A stretch of 37,784 nt of DNA from Bdellovibrionales bacterium GWB1_55_8 (GTDB lineage Bacteria; Bdellovibrionota; UBA1018). The position numbers and the translations under genes were made by a program. Where the stretch lies: assembly GCA_001769835.1 (NCBI GenBank), contig MEPR01000079.1, positions 24,891 to 62,674 of the forward strand, given 5' to 3'. This document shows positions 1-9,070 of this stretch, piece after piece (positions within the stretch are counted from its first letter, which is position 1; each line of letters begins with the position of its first letter). The notes beneath the pieces were generated by a model that was given only the letters and a program-made list of their open reading frames with translations, was not told where the DNA came from and made no database searches.

Positions 1-348
1 GCATTCACGAGGGTAAGCTTTCCTCAGGCTTTCGGCACCCTGCACGTCAATGTCGAGGAGAACGGATTTGCCCTGTTCGAAACATTTTTCGATCACGGTC
101 CTGGATGTGCCGTAATAATTGCCGTGAACGAGCGCCCACTCGGCGAACCGGTGGTCCTGGATCCCTTTTTCAAACTCCGCTTTTGAAACGAAGTGGTATT
201 CGACTCCATTTTGTTCCCGCCCGCGAGGCGCTCGGGTGGTGGTCGAGATCGAGAGCACGAGTTTGCCCGCGAAATCGCGCAATAATCGTTCGCACAGAGT
301 GGTTTTACCTCCCCCTGAAGGGGCCGAGATCACAACTAATTTACTCAT
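1..348 (-). CDS. gmk: Guanylate kinase (3' end runs off the window; absent from the ORF track)
   Basis: Manual translation from ATG at 348 gives MSKLVVISAPSGGGKTTL...SISTTTRAPRGREQNGVEYHFV...EWALVHGNYYGT...VLLDIDVQGA. This shows the P-loop plus the TTRxPR, YHF, YYGT and DIDVQG motifs. Confidence 0.96.
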   Translation of the reverse strand, partial: MSKLVVISAPSGGGKTTLCERLLRDFAGKLVLSISTTTRAPRGREQNGVEYHFVSKAEFEKGIQDHRFAEWALVHGNYYGTSRTVIEKCFEQGKSVLLDIDVQGAESLRKAYPREC

Positions 349-388
349 TAGAGTACGTTCTCAACAGTACAGTTCTCAGGCTTTATGC

Positions 389-1420
389 TCATTCCAATTT
401 CGCATGAGCGAGCGCCTGGTGGCCCATGCCGCGGAACTTCTGAATTCGTTCAGATGCCCTGGTTTTCGAGGATTTCCGTCCCGCTTTGATCAAGGGCTCA
501 GTGTACTTGATGAGACCCTCGCGGAGCAACAGGCAAGCGGCCAGCCAGTCGCGATGCGCGCCGCCTTTCGGTTCCGTGATGATCCCATCGATCACACCCA
601 GTTTCTGGAGTTCAGGGGGGCTCATTTTAAGCCGATTGGCGGCGTTTTCCGCCAAACCTGAGTTGCTCCAGAGGATGGATGCGCAGCTTTCCGGGGAAAT
701 CACGGAATAGGTACTGTACTCCTGCATCAGAACCACATCGGCTACACCGATGGCAAGCGCGCCGCCCGACCCGCCCTCGCCAATCACGACGGCGACAACC
801 GGCACTGACAGCTCGAACATGGTCTGAATGCTTTCAGCGATCGCCTGAGCCTGGCCCCGCTCCTCGGCTTCGATGCCAGGGTAAGCCCCGGGAGTATCAA
901 TGAAGGCAAGGATCGGCATCTGCGCGCGATCGGCCATCCTCATCAAACGAATGGCTTTGCGATATCCCTCCGGGCGCGCCATTCCGAAGTTTCTCTCCAT
1001 TTTCTGTTTCGTGGTCCGGCCTTTCTGATGACCGAGGATCAGAACAGGCGTTCTTTTGCTGTCCAAAGGTTTGGCCGGGCTTGGTTCAGTGCTTGGAACG
1101 GCCGGCGGCCAGGTTGCCACGCCTGCGAGCAACGCCCTGTCGTCACCGAAGGTGCGGTCTCCGTGGAGTTCCAGGAAGTCCGGGAAAAGCATGTCCACGT
1201 AGTCTCGTGTGTAGGGTCGGTTGGGATGGCGGCAAAGCTGTACGCGTTGCCAGGGACTGAGCTGCGCGAAAGTATCGTCGATGAGCTGCAAGACCTTCTT
1301 TTCGAGGATGGTGATTTCCTTCGAAAAGTCGACGCCCTCCTGACCCGCGATTTCCTTCAGGTCCTTCAGTTTCTTTTCAAGGTTGATGATCGGTTTTTCA
1401 AATTCGAGGAATGGTTCCAT
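389..1420 (-). CDS. accA: Acetyl-CoA carboxylase carboxyltransferase alpha subunit
   Basis: Motifs FLEFEKPI, RHPNRPY, ELHGDR, GHQKGR, PEGYRKA, FIDTPGAYPG, GEGGSGGALA, YSVISPE. Confidence 0.98.
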   Translation of the reverse strand: MEPFLEFEKPIINLEKKLKDLKEIAGQEGVDFSKEITILEKKVLQLIDDTFAQLSPWQRVQLCRHPNRPYTRDYVDMLFPDFLELHGDRTFGDDRALLAGVATWPPAVPSTEPSPAKPLDSKRTPVLILGHQKGRTTKQKMERNFGMARPEGYRKAIRLMRMADRAQMPILAFIDTPGAYPGIEAEERGQAQAIAESIQTMFELSVPVVAVVIGEGGSGGALAIGVADVVLMQEYSTYSVISPESCASILWSNSGLAENAANRLKMSPPELQKLGVIDGIITEPKGGAHRDWLAACLLLREGLIKYTEPLIKAGRKSSKTRASERIQKFRGMGHQALAHAKLE

Positions 1421-1529
1421 GAGGCGACGAAACTAGCACGGTTCGCGTCGCGGTGGAACCAGCAAGCCGCCTGAGATCGACGCGATTCCGACAAGGAAGG
1501 TCGAATACTCGAGATTTGGCGGAGCAAAC

Positions 1530-1558
1530 TTGAGTGTTCTATTCGGTATAGCTACACT
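1530..1558 (+). promoter_or_regulatory. Putative sigma70 promoter giving a leaderless fliL mRNA
   Basis: TTGAGT-N17-TACACT followed 6 nt later by the ATG at 1565. Confidence 0.5.
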
Positions 1559-1564
1559 AAGGAG

Positions 1565-2200
1565 ATGGCAGAATCGAACTCCTCGCGAGTAGCTCGCCTT
1601 CGCGCTGCACTTCATTCGACTTCCTTTTTGGGCCGCCTTTCACATCCGTTCACCGTTTTCGGGGACATGTGGGTGGCGTTTCGGGGACCGGATGCCCCGA
1701 GCCGCAAGATGGCTCTCGTCTTTTTCCTGAGTCTTGGAGTTCTTGCTCTTGCCTTGGGCATGGCTTATCAGCGCTATCTCCGTTTTCAGGATTTGAAGGC
1801 GCTCTCTTCGGGAAGCGCAGCTTTTGAAGATGCTTCCAAGAATATCGGAGAGTTCATTCACAAGCAGGCCGAGACCGCCCGGCACAGGTTCAGTACGCTT
1901 CCTCTGGGTCGTTTCAACGTGGAAGTGCGACCTGCGGTAGGGTCCGAGGGTGATTTCCAGTCCGCTGAAATCGAAATCGTCATTGAATGCGATAGCAAAG
2001 AGACACGTTATTTCATTGAAGATAACATGCCGAGGGTCCGTGATCAGATCACGAACGTACTCCTTCCCTTGGAGCGAGATGAGCTGATGACTCGAGATGG
2101 AAAGAAGCTCCTGAAAAAGAAGCTTCTCGACCGAGTCAATGCATGGCTTCCCGAAGGCCAGGTCATTGAGTTGTTCTTCCTGGACGTCATCGTCAAATAG
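1565..2200 (+). CDS. fliL: FliL-family flagellar basal-body-associated protein (orphan copy)
   Basis: One TM segment, then a FliL-like domain (LPLGRFNVEV...PRVRDQITNVL...ELMTRDGKKLLKKKLLDRVNAWLPEGQVIELFFLDVIVK). Confidence 0.8.
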   Translation: MAESNSSRVARLRAALHSTSFLGRLSHPFTVFGDMWVAFRGPDAPSRKMALVFFLSLGVLALALGMAYQRYLRFQDLKALSSGSAAFEDASKNIGEFIHKQAETARHRFSTLPLGRFNVEVRPAVGSEGDFQSAEIEIVIECDSKETRYFIEDNMPRVRDQITNVLLPLERDELMTRDGKKLLKKKLLDRVNAWLPEGQVIELFFLDVIVK

Positions 2201-2203
2201 AAG

Positions 2204-3538
2204 CTAGGCAGCTTCCACACCCGAAGACTGGGTTAACCAGATTTCCCCGGTGGGAGCCTTTTTCGCGGCACTGCGGGGTCCCTCGATCCGGTGCCGTTTC
2301 AGCATCTCGAAAAGCGTGCTGCGAGCGACGCCCAGAATCTTTGCGGCTGTCGCACGGTTCCCATTGGCCAAGCGCAGGGATTTCAGGAGGAGAAGACGCT
2401 CCATTTCCTTGAGGCTCAATACCCCAGCACCGAGTTCGAGTTGAGGGTTGACGGAAATATTGTCAGGTGTCAGCAGAAATTCAAAGGCCTCTTCGCTCAA
2501 TACCGGCGTGAAGGGTCCTGCAAGTCCGCTGGCTCTTTCGATTGCATGCCGAAGTTCGCGTACATTTCCAGGCCAGGAGTGGGCTTTGAGGCGCAGCAGC
2601 GCTTTGGGGGAGAAGCTCCGGTCCAGATCAGCCGCGAACTGCCTGGCCAGCATTTCAACATCGTCAGGACGTGATCTGAGTGATGGAATATCAATTGTCA
2701 CGGAGGCGATCCGGTAATAGAGATCGCGTCTGAATTTGCCTTCTTCTACGAGTTTAAGTAGCGGGTGGTGAGTGGCGCAGATGAGGCGTACATCCGCACG
2801 TGACGGGCGATCAGCGCCGACGGGCCGAATTTCCCCGTCTTCCAGGAATCGCAGAAGTTTGACCTGAATGTCGGCAGGCAGGTCGCCGATTTCATCCAGA
2901 AAGAGCGTCCCGTTATGGGCCTGCATGAGTGCTCCGGGACGCTGATTCATGGCGCCCGTGAAAGCCCCTTTCACATGCCCGAAGAGCTCGCTTTCAGCGA
3001 GCGACAGGGCCAAGGCCCCGCAATGAAGCGGAACGAACGGACCGCTCGCCCGATCGCTCCAGGCGTGAATCAGATGCGCGAGCACCTCCTTGCCGGTGCC
3101 GGTTTCGCCTGCGAGATAGATGGACAGCGGAGTGGCGGCCGCCTTTTTCGTCATCCAGAGAATACGCCGGCCTTCCGCCGATTTTGTCAGCCAAGGCCTC
3201 ACTCCGGTTGGCATTTGAGGGAGGGCGTCGGCAGCGCCTGTTTGCTGGATCGTGAGCACGCTTTCAGCCAGCTGGAACGGGAGCCCCGCAGGCACCTGGC
3301 TTTCGCGCACTGCCAGATCTCCGAGTCGGCACGGAGGGGCGCTTTCGTTCACGCGCAGCCAATAAGGGCTCCCCCCAGGGATGTTGTTGAATGTGGGTGA
3401 GAGGACCGCGGCTTCGATCGGTGCGGTAGCATCCCTGAGCCGGATGCAGGAATCCTCGCCTCGACCTATTTTGACCGCGCCCTTCAAAGGAAATGTACGG
3501 ACTTCGCCTGAAGGGTCCTGAATTCTGATTTGCCACAT
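2204..3538 (-). CDS. Sigma54-dependent enhancer-binding protein with a degenerate N-terminal FHA-like domain
   Basis: Walker [15 protein letters not shown], Walker B LFLDEIG, FRRDLYYR, WPGNVREL and a Fis-type HTH. The N-terminus VKIGRGEDSCIRL is FHA-like. RBS AAGGAG is present. Confidence 0.93.
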   Translation of the reverse strand: MWQIRIQDPSGEVRTFPLKGAVKIGRGEDSCIRLRDATAPIEAAVLSPTFNNIPGGSPYWLRVNESAPPCRLGDLAVRESQVPAGLPFQLAESVLTIQQTGAADALPQMPTGVRPWLTKSAEGRRILWMTKKAAATPLSIYLAGETGTGKEVLAHLIHAWSDRASGPFVPLHCGALALSLAESELFGHVKGAFTGAMNQRPGALMQAHNGTLFLDEIGDLPADIQVKLLRFLEDGEIRPVGADRPSRADVRLICATHHPLLKLVEEGKFRRDLYYRIASVTIDIPSLRSRPDDVEMLARQFAADLDRSFSPKALLRLKAHSWPGNVRELRHAIERASGLAGPFTPVLSEEAFEFLLTPDNISVNPQLELGAGVLSLKEMERLLLLKSLRLANGNRATAAKILGVARSTLFEMLKRHRIEGPRSAAKKAPTGEIWLTQSSGVEAA

Positions 3539-3570
3539 GGTTCGATTCTCCTTTTGATGGCAGCCGCTTG

Positions 3571-3586
3571 AGCAATCAGTGTTCCA
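3571..3586 (-). promoter_or_regulatory. Sigma54 -24/-12 promoter of the activator gene
   Basis: Minus strand reads TGGAACACTGATTGCT (GG-N10-GC), just upstream of the RBS and the ATG at 3538. Confidence 0.75.
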
Positions 3587-3646
3587 GCTCGCGATTCTGT
3601 GCCTCTGAACGCCCCCGGTTTTCGGAAAGACATGGCTGAGTGTGCG

Positions 3647-3662
3647 ATTTCAGGACTGAAAT
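3647..3662. promoter_or_regulatory. Perfect 7-2-7 palindrome, candidate upstream activating sequence
   Basis: ATTTCAG-GA-CTGAAAT, centred about 70 bp upstream of the sigma54 -24 element. Confidence 0.45.
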
Positions 3663-3737
3663 TCGGTTCTTCGTGATATCCAACTCCCGGATCACAGGTC
3701 TTTTTGTCCTTGTCTTGCCAGGGGTTTTGGATGTGGT

Positions 3738-3775
3738 TTGAACCGGGTGGTTCAATCCCGAACCGCTAACGGTTC
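3738..3775. repeat. Two adjacent related inverted repeats (GAACC...GGTTC)
   Basis: TTGAACC-GGGT-GGTTCAA (3738-3755) and GAACCG-CTAA-CGGTTC (3760-3775). Confidence 0.6.
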
Positions 3776-3847
3776 AGAGGCGAGCCGTGCTGGGTGACCC
3801 CGGATCTCAGGAAGACCTTAGAAAGACCTCAGAAAGGGAGTTTTCTT

Positions 3848-4447
3848 TTGGCCGGCGAATTCGTGCTCACGATAGGCAGTGAAACCCAGATTCCAGATAC
3901 CCTGAAGGGCATCTTTCTGAAGGGCCGGCGCGAGCCACGCATCGCCATGGTAGGGCGTTCGAACGTTGGAAAGAGTTCCCTGATCAATGCTCTCCTGGGA
4001 ACGCGCCTGGCTCAAGTCAGCAAGGAGCCGGGAAAAACCCGGGCGATCCATTTTTATTTTTGGAAAGACGCGGGCAAGATCATCGCCGACCTGCCCGGCT
4101 ACGGCTATGCGCGCGCCGGACATGAGGAGCGCGAGCGCTGGGCCACTTTTATAGGCGCCTACCTAAGGGCGGACGAAGGTCTGGACCGCGCCTTTGTGCT
4201 GCTCGATGCGCGACACGGCCCGACCGAGCTCGATCTCGATGCCATGCGTTTTCTGGCGGAAAACGGTATTCCGATGACCGCGGTGTTCACCAAGGCTGAT
4301 GTCCTGAAAACCCAAAGCGAGCGTGCCATCCGTAAACGCGAATCGCTGGCTCTGCTGAAGGAGCTGGGGTTTGGTCCCGATAACATCTTCTGGGTATCGG
4401 CTCGAGGACAAACTGGGTTGCAGGAGCTGCTTCGCGCGATGAAATGA
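3848..4447 (+). CDS. engB: Ribosome biogenesis GTPase YihA/YsxC (EngB)
   Basis: G1 GRSNVGKSS, PGKT, G3 DLPGYGYA, G4 TKAD. Start reassigned to TTG at 3848: AAGGGAG lies 7 nt upstream and the protein begins MAGEFV. The ORF track starts at 3794. Confidence 0.95.
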   Translation: MAGEFVLTIGSETQIPDTLKGIFLKGRREPRIAMVGRSNVGKSSLINALLGTRLAQVSKEPGKTRAIHFYFWKDAGKIIADLPGYGYARAGHEERERWATFIGAYLRADEGLDRAFVLLDARHGPTELDLDAMRFLAENGIPMTAVFTKADVLKTQSERAIRKRESLALLKELGFGPDNIFWVSARGQTGLQELLRAMK

Positions 4448-4460
4448 GCGCCGGTTCCCT

Positions 4461-4489
4461 TTGATTTAAGACGGGACGATCGTTATTCT
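4461..4489 (+). promoter_or_regulatory. Putative sigma70 promoter, near-leaderless
   Basis: TTGATT-N17-TATTCT followed 9 nt later by the ATG at 4499. Confidence 0.55.
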
Positions 4490-4498
4490 CCAAGGACT

Positions 4499-5554
4499 AT
4501 GGCTTTGCTTTCATCCCTTCGAGTCGGAATCGTAGCGCCCTCATTTCAGGTACCTCAAGCGGAGTTTGAACTCGGTCTTGAGAAGCTTCGTGAGGAAAAC
4601 TGGTTTTTTAAAGTCCATCCACAATGCCGGCGTGCTTATCGCTACTTTGCAGGCACTGATGAAGAACGAGCCCAGGCCTTTTTCGAGTATGCACAGGATC
4701 CATCCATTGACATCGTCTGGTGCGCGCGGGGGGGGTATGGTGCAGCGAGAATTCTGCCATATCTCGAGCGGCTGGTCGCGAAAAACGGGCTGCCCCCGAG
4801 AAAGCTTCTCGCGGGCTATTCGGATTCGACCGCTTTACTGGAGTATGTTCGCTCCCGCTGGGGTTGGTCCGCATTGCACTCACCAATGGCGGGTCTGAGG
4901 AGTTTTCGTGCGCTTTCCCCGGGAGAATGGAAAGCCATGCGGCAGTTCTTCAGCGGAGAATCGCCGAAAAATCCCTGGGGCGCGAAGAAACTCCGATTCG
5001 CCACGAAAGCCCCGTCTCAGAACATTGAAGGTGAACTCGTTGGTGGGAACCTGTCGGTCTGGGCTTCGATGATCGGAACGCCTTTTGAGCCGGTAGTGCA
5101 GGGGAAGTTCGTCTTTTTCGAAGATGTCGACGAGTCTCTTTATCGTCTCGACCGGATGGCGGAGCAGGTGGGCCAGTCAGGGATGCTGTCCGGAGCAAAG
5201 GGAATCATTCTTGGGAATTTCCTGAACTGCACAGACAAGGTCTCGAACGTGCTTGCGGAGGTTCCAAAAGGAAAGAACCGCGCGCGCGTGATTGCGTCCC
5301 CGAAGCCCTCTGAGCTTGAGCCAGCGCGAAAGAAATTGAACGAGAAAAAAATGATCCCGAAGCTTTTCGGTGAGCTGGGCGATCGGGTCGGAATTCCTGT
5401 CGCTTACGGCTTGCCGGTGGGGCATGGGCCGGCCAAGTACTCGCTTCCGCTCGGGGCGAAATACCGGCTTTCCCGGAGCGGAGGTTTTGAGCTTTTGCAA
5501 TGGGACTGGCGCCCTTCGCACGCGCCTCTAGACAGAAATACTCATTTAGGTTAG
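4499..5554 (+). CDS. ldcA: LD-carboxypeptidase (peptidase S66, LdcA/MccF family)
   Basis: RGGYG, GYSD (catalytic Ser), GGNL, FFED (Glu), PVGHG (His). Confidence 0.92.
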   Translation: MALLSSLRVGIVAPSFQVPQAEFELGLEKLREENWFFKVHPQCRRAYRYFAGTDEERAQAFFEYAQDPSIDIVWCARGGYGAARILPYLERLVAKNGLPPRKLLAGYSDSTALLEYVRSRWGWSALHSPMAGLRSFRALSPGEWKAMRQFFSGESPKNPWGAKKLRFATKAPSQNIEGELVGGNLSVWASMIGTPFEPVVQGKFVFFEDVDESLYRLDRMAEQVGQSGMLSGAKGIILGNFLNCTDKVSNVLAEVPKGKNRARVIASPKPSELEPARKKLNEKKMIPKLFGELGDRVGIPVAYGLPVGHGPAKYSLPLGAKYRLSRSGGFELLQWDWRPSHAPLDRNTHLG

Positions 5555-5575
5555 TCCTTTAGGTCCTACCTGATT

Positions 5576-5662
5576 GGCTCCTTGGCGGAATTGGTAGACG
5601 CGCACGACTCAAAATCGTGTATCCTCACGGGTGTCCGAGTTCGATTCTCGGAGGAGCCACCA
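5576..5662 (+). tRNA. tRNA-Leu(CAA)
   Basis: Acceptor stem GGCTCCT/AGGAGCC + A + CCA. Anticodon arm CACGA-CTCAAAA-TCGTG, long variable arm, T-loop GTTCGATT. 87 nt. Confidence 0.97.
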
Positions 5663-5738
5663 AAATTTCTTAATCACCACTTACATTTACACTGACGCTC
5701 GACGGGACCCCGGTTTCCGATTCATCCAAGAAATGGAG

Positions 5739-6781
5739 TTACCACCCGCGAGCTGCGGTCTCGAGCTTAAGTTGGAGGTAGCCGGTTTTGTCGGTGCCGT
5801 CATACGCTCTTAGGCCCAGAGTTTCCAGGTATTCCACAAAGTAGGGGGGGCAGTTCCGGGGGCGTAGTAGGAGTTTCCAAGAATTTGTGCACCCGAATGA
5901 GAGAGATCGTTGAGGCGCAAAAATGAAACAAAAGCGATTCGTGTATCGTAGTGATCCCAGGTCTGGAAAAAATCCTGGATGAAGTGACCTTGTTTGGATT
6001 GAGAACTGCTGCTGTACGCCGAGCCTGTGTGATACCCCACTTCCTGAAGGTGAATGGGTTTGGAAACATCGGTGTAAACCGAAACGAGCGAGGCGATGTC
6101 AGCCGAACTGATCGTCGGATCTTTGACCGTAAAATCGCCATTCATCGGATAATAGGTGAGCGCGATGATGTCGCTTATGGTGTTGTTCAGTTGCTCCAGT
6201 CCACCTTGAATCGCCCGCGCATGCGTGGCGACATTTGCATAAAAGCGCCAGTAATTTGCCCAAAAGTGTGAGCTCGTGCTTTGCGCCGTGTGGTCAAGCT
6301 CATTTCCAATTTGAAGAGCGACGATTTCGATATCAGGGATCCTAGTAAAAATAAAATCCAACATCTTGTTGAAGCGGCAGGCGATAATGTCGATCGTATT
6401 CTGTGTGGCAACAAGTGACGAATCAGCGGCAAAATCCGCACTCGAAAAATCGCCCGGCAGAGTCCATACATTTGTGGTCATTGGATTTACGGTCAGACTG
6501 AGCTTGAGATTTTGCGCCGGAAATATTCCATTAAAAGCGGCAAACATATTTGAGTATGGATCGGTGTACGCTCCTGGCGTACAAGTACCGGTCCCAGCGC
6601 TTTCCACCGCATTCCAGGCAACATGAAGGGGTATGGCGCCTGCTCCGGCGGCTTTAGCTAAAGCAAGATTACTTGAAATCGCTGGCAGGGGTGACATCCA
6701 TGACGTCATTCAGCTCCCGGGGTTTTCTTTACAGGAATGATTGCTGATATCCACGCTTACAATTTCTTGGAGAGATCCCGG
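5739..6781 (-). pseudogene. Disrupted gene for a TIM-barrel glycoside-hydrolase-like protein (5' limit approximate)
   Basis: Clan GH-A-like IGNE and LQEVGY motifs. An in-frame TGA at 6710-6712 splits the ORFs 6710..7222 and 5810..6709. After a frameshift at G7 (5844-5850), another frame gives a plausible C-terminus YFVEYLETLGLRAYDGTDKTGYLQLKLETAARGW with a stop at 5739. Confidence 0.75.
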
Positions 6782-6894
6782 CCAAGGCTCACTGCTCTCG
6801 CGCAACGTTTCCCGAAAGATCAGCATGCGGAGAGAGAGCGTCAATAAACGCCCGCTTTCAGTTTCCTGTCGAATGGTGATCATGCAGATCATCA

Positions 6895-7167
6895 GAATCC
6901 GACGAATCTCGTACCCCAGGTGAAAACCGATCCCTGCAGCGACGATCAGGGAAGCGCTATGTGCGTCGTTCAGTCCGAGCGCATAAAAGAGGCCGGAAAG
7001 GTAAGCTCGGCCGTCGCCCCGGGAGCCCGGATCTTTCCACCTCCTCGCGTCGAAAGATAGCTGGAGCTTCCGCCTGCATCCAGGCTGAAGCGTGCCTCGG
7101 CCTGCCCTGGGAGGAACAGGGCCAGACTGGCCAGACAGGCCGTCGCAATTTGAAGAGAGATTCTCAT
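6895..7167 (-). pseudogene. Remnant of a secreted, probably outer-membrane beta-barrel gene (3' limit approximate)
   Basis: Signal peptide MRISLQIATACLASLALFLPGQAEA and strand-like RFSLDAGGSSSYL, then a stop after 65 aa. Another frame carries a barrel-like strand LIVAAGIGFHLGYEI. TTTCCA-N17-TACAAT lies 7 nt before the ATG. Confidence 0.45.
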
Positions 7168-7249
7168 GAGTCAGATTGTAAATGGCCAGACGTAAGCTGG
7201 AAAAGACAAAACAGGGTCGCAATAAAGGTCTTTGGGGCGTTCGCTCGAA

Positions 7250-7915
7250 CTACCGCCTCGGGTAGCCTTCCGCGACGAGCGCGTGCAGAAGGGCTCGTTT
7301 CAGCTCTTTCTTTACCAGCGGCGCAGGTCCCCAGATCGTCTGGAAGTTCTGGGGATCGTTCCAGAACTCATCCCATTCGGGAGTTCCGTGAATCCTGTTC
7401 AGGTAGGCGAAAAAGCCCGCGTCTCCCACACGCTCGCGACCTTTTTCGGTGAGTTGAATCTGCAGGTCATTCTTGCAGAGCGTGTTTCGCGTCCCCAGGG
7501 ATGCGATCGCCTTTTCGAACTCCTGCGGAGTGATTTCGATTTCCGACTTCACGAGGCGATACATCGCCCTGAGACCTTTCCTGGCCCTTTTTGAGCCCGT
7601 AGCTGAAAGCGCCTCGCCGACTTTCAGCAGATATCTTGCCTCATGGGCATCAAAGGCGGATTGAGTTCCATCGACAATCACCAGGAAGGGAAAGGCGACG
7701 CCAAGCACTGCAAGCGTGGTGATCGCCTTGAAGTGATCCTGGTCAAAAAATTTCATCGTCTCGTCGTAATCGTAAATGCCCTTGATAAGGAATCCAAAAC
7801 CCCTGTTCTGTTGGATCTCCATCCCGCTCTGCAAATAGCTTTCGGCACATTGGCCGGCAAAGGCTTGGGTACCGCTGAGGGTGATCGCGAGTAAAACAAG
7901 AAGAAGCTTTTTCAT
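7250..7915 (-). CDS. Secreted/membrane hypothetical protein, paralog of 9699..10376
   Basis: Signal peptide ending TQAFA, an internal hydrophobic segment and two Cys. Overlaps the upstream stop by 4 nt (ATGA). Confidence 0.85.
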   Translation of the reverse strand: MKKLLLVLLAITLSGTQAFAGQCAESYLQSGMEIQQNRGFGFLIKGIYDYDETMKFFDQDHFKAITTLAVLGVAFPFLVIVDGTQSAFDAHEARYLLKVGEALSATGSKRARKGLRAMYRLVKSEIEITPQEFEKAIASLGTRNTLCKNDLQIQLTEKGRERVGDAGFFAYLNRIHGTPEWDEFWNDPQNFQTIWGPAPLVKKELKRALLHALVAEGYPRR

Positions 7916-8979
7916 TTTGATTTCCTTCTCAGGATGACTTTGGATTCCTTGAAAACGTCCGAATCATCATCGCGGTCGCCGCCGATCGAGTAGGTGACCT
8001 GAACAGGGGCGCGCGACTGGAGGGGAATCTCGAAATCGTTTTCCTTCTCGTATTTGAGCGAGATCCGGAAAGCTCTGCTCAGGGTCAAGCGCTTCCCGTC
8101 TTTCATCTCTTTTTTTATGGTGCAATCCGAACGTTCGTAGGTCCTTTCGACACACTTGCCGGTGCCGTGGATCTTGAATTTCGGTTCGCGAACTTCGATC
8201 TCCTTCTTTCTTGAGAGATCGAACTCAAGCATGATTCCGTTCGCCGAACCCAGGATCACCGCCTCGGGTGCGAGTTTTCCGCTTTCCCAGTTTTCGATGA
8301 GCTTGGTTGAATTCCAGTATTCCGGATCCCAGCTCTTCATGCAGTCAAAGCCAGCATAGCGCTGCTCCAGGGAATGACAGTCTCGGATCTGGCGTGCGGC
8401 GCGAAGGCCCAGTTGATCCGAATAACGCGCGTAGTTCTGAGCCAGGTCGTCATTGATGATTCCGAAGTGATGAAGCGCTTCCTTGAAGAGCTTGATTCGC
8501 ATTGCCTTCTCGAGATTTTCTTCGGCCTGAAGCTTTTCAAATCCGCGGTTTGATTGCTCAAGCTGACGGACTCCCCAGTCGTAGAAGCCAGAAAGGATGA
8601 AGATCGCTTCCTCGCCATTCTCGTTGAGTCCGAAGTCGAGAAGAAGCGGTTCCAATTCTCCGCGGGGGTTCTTCCGGAAACGACGCTCACTCAGTCGCTC
8701 CTCAATATGACCCAGGATCGAAGCCAGTCTTTCGCGGCTCACCTGATAGGAGGTGAAGACTTCATCGAAGAATGCCTGCGGGGTTTCCCTGGTATCGAAA
8801 ATCAGTCCCTGCGCCGCCCTTTGCTGATGAAGCCTGACGCCGGAATGATAGTAGGCGAAATCACCTCCGCCATCGGCCGTGCCACCTCCTCCTCCGGCGG
8901 CGAAGGAGGGGGTCCATCCGCAGAGGAGGAGGGCTAAGCCGACTGCAATCTGAAGTATTTCCTGGGAGGGCTTTATCAT
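7912..8979 (-). CDS. Secreted hypothetical protein with Gly-rich mature N-terminus and a degenerate HExxH-like motif
   Basis: Signal peptide, then AGGGGGTADGGGD. Later LFKEALHHFGIINDD. Confidence 0.85.
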   Translation of the reverse strand: MIKPSQEILQIAVGLALLLCGWTPSFAAGGGGGTADGGGDFAYYHSGVRLHQQRAAQGLIFDTRETPQAFFDEVFTSYQVSRERLASILGHIEERLSERRFRKNPRGELEPLLLDFGLNENGEEAIFILSGFYDWGVRQLEQSNRGFEKLQAEENLEKAMRIKLFKEALHHFGIINDDLAQNYARYSDQLGLRAARQIRDCHSLEQRYAGFDCMKSWDPEYWNSTKLIENWESGKLAPEAVILGSANGIMLEFDLSRKKEIEVREPKFKIHGTGKCVERTYERSDCTIKKEMKDGKRLTLSRAFRISLKYEKENDFEIPLQSRAPVQVTYSIGGDRDDDSDVFKESKVILRRKSK

Positions 8980-9070
8980 GGCAAAAATACCAGATCGTAT
9001 TAGTACACTATTAATTGCTCGGAAACAAGTCGAATTCTGAGATTCATCTTCTTGTTTTCACAGTGCTTTC

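Noticed and set aside
352-378. Short direct repeat AGTAC(A)GTTCTCA x2 upstream of gmk
   Set aside because: It is real but short. No regulator can be assigned and it may be a local duplication.
6710-6712. In-frame TGA as selenocysteine or recoded Trp
   Set aside because: TGA is an ordinary stop in accA, engB and others here, and the same gene also has a frameshift.
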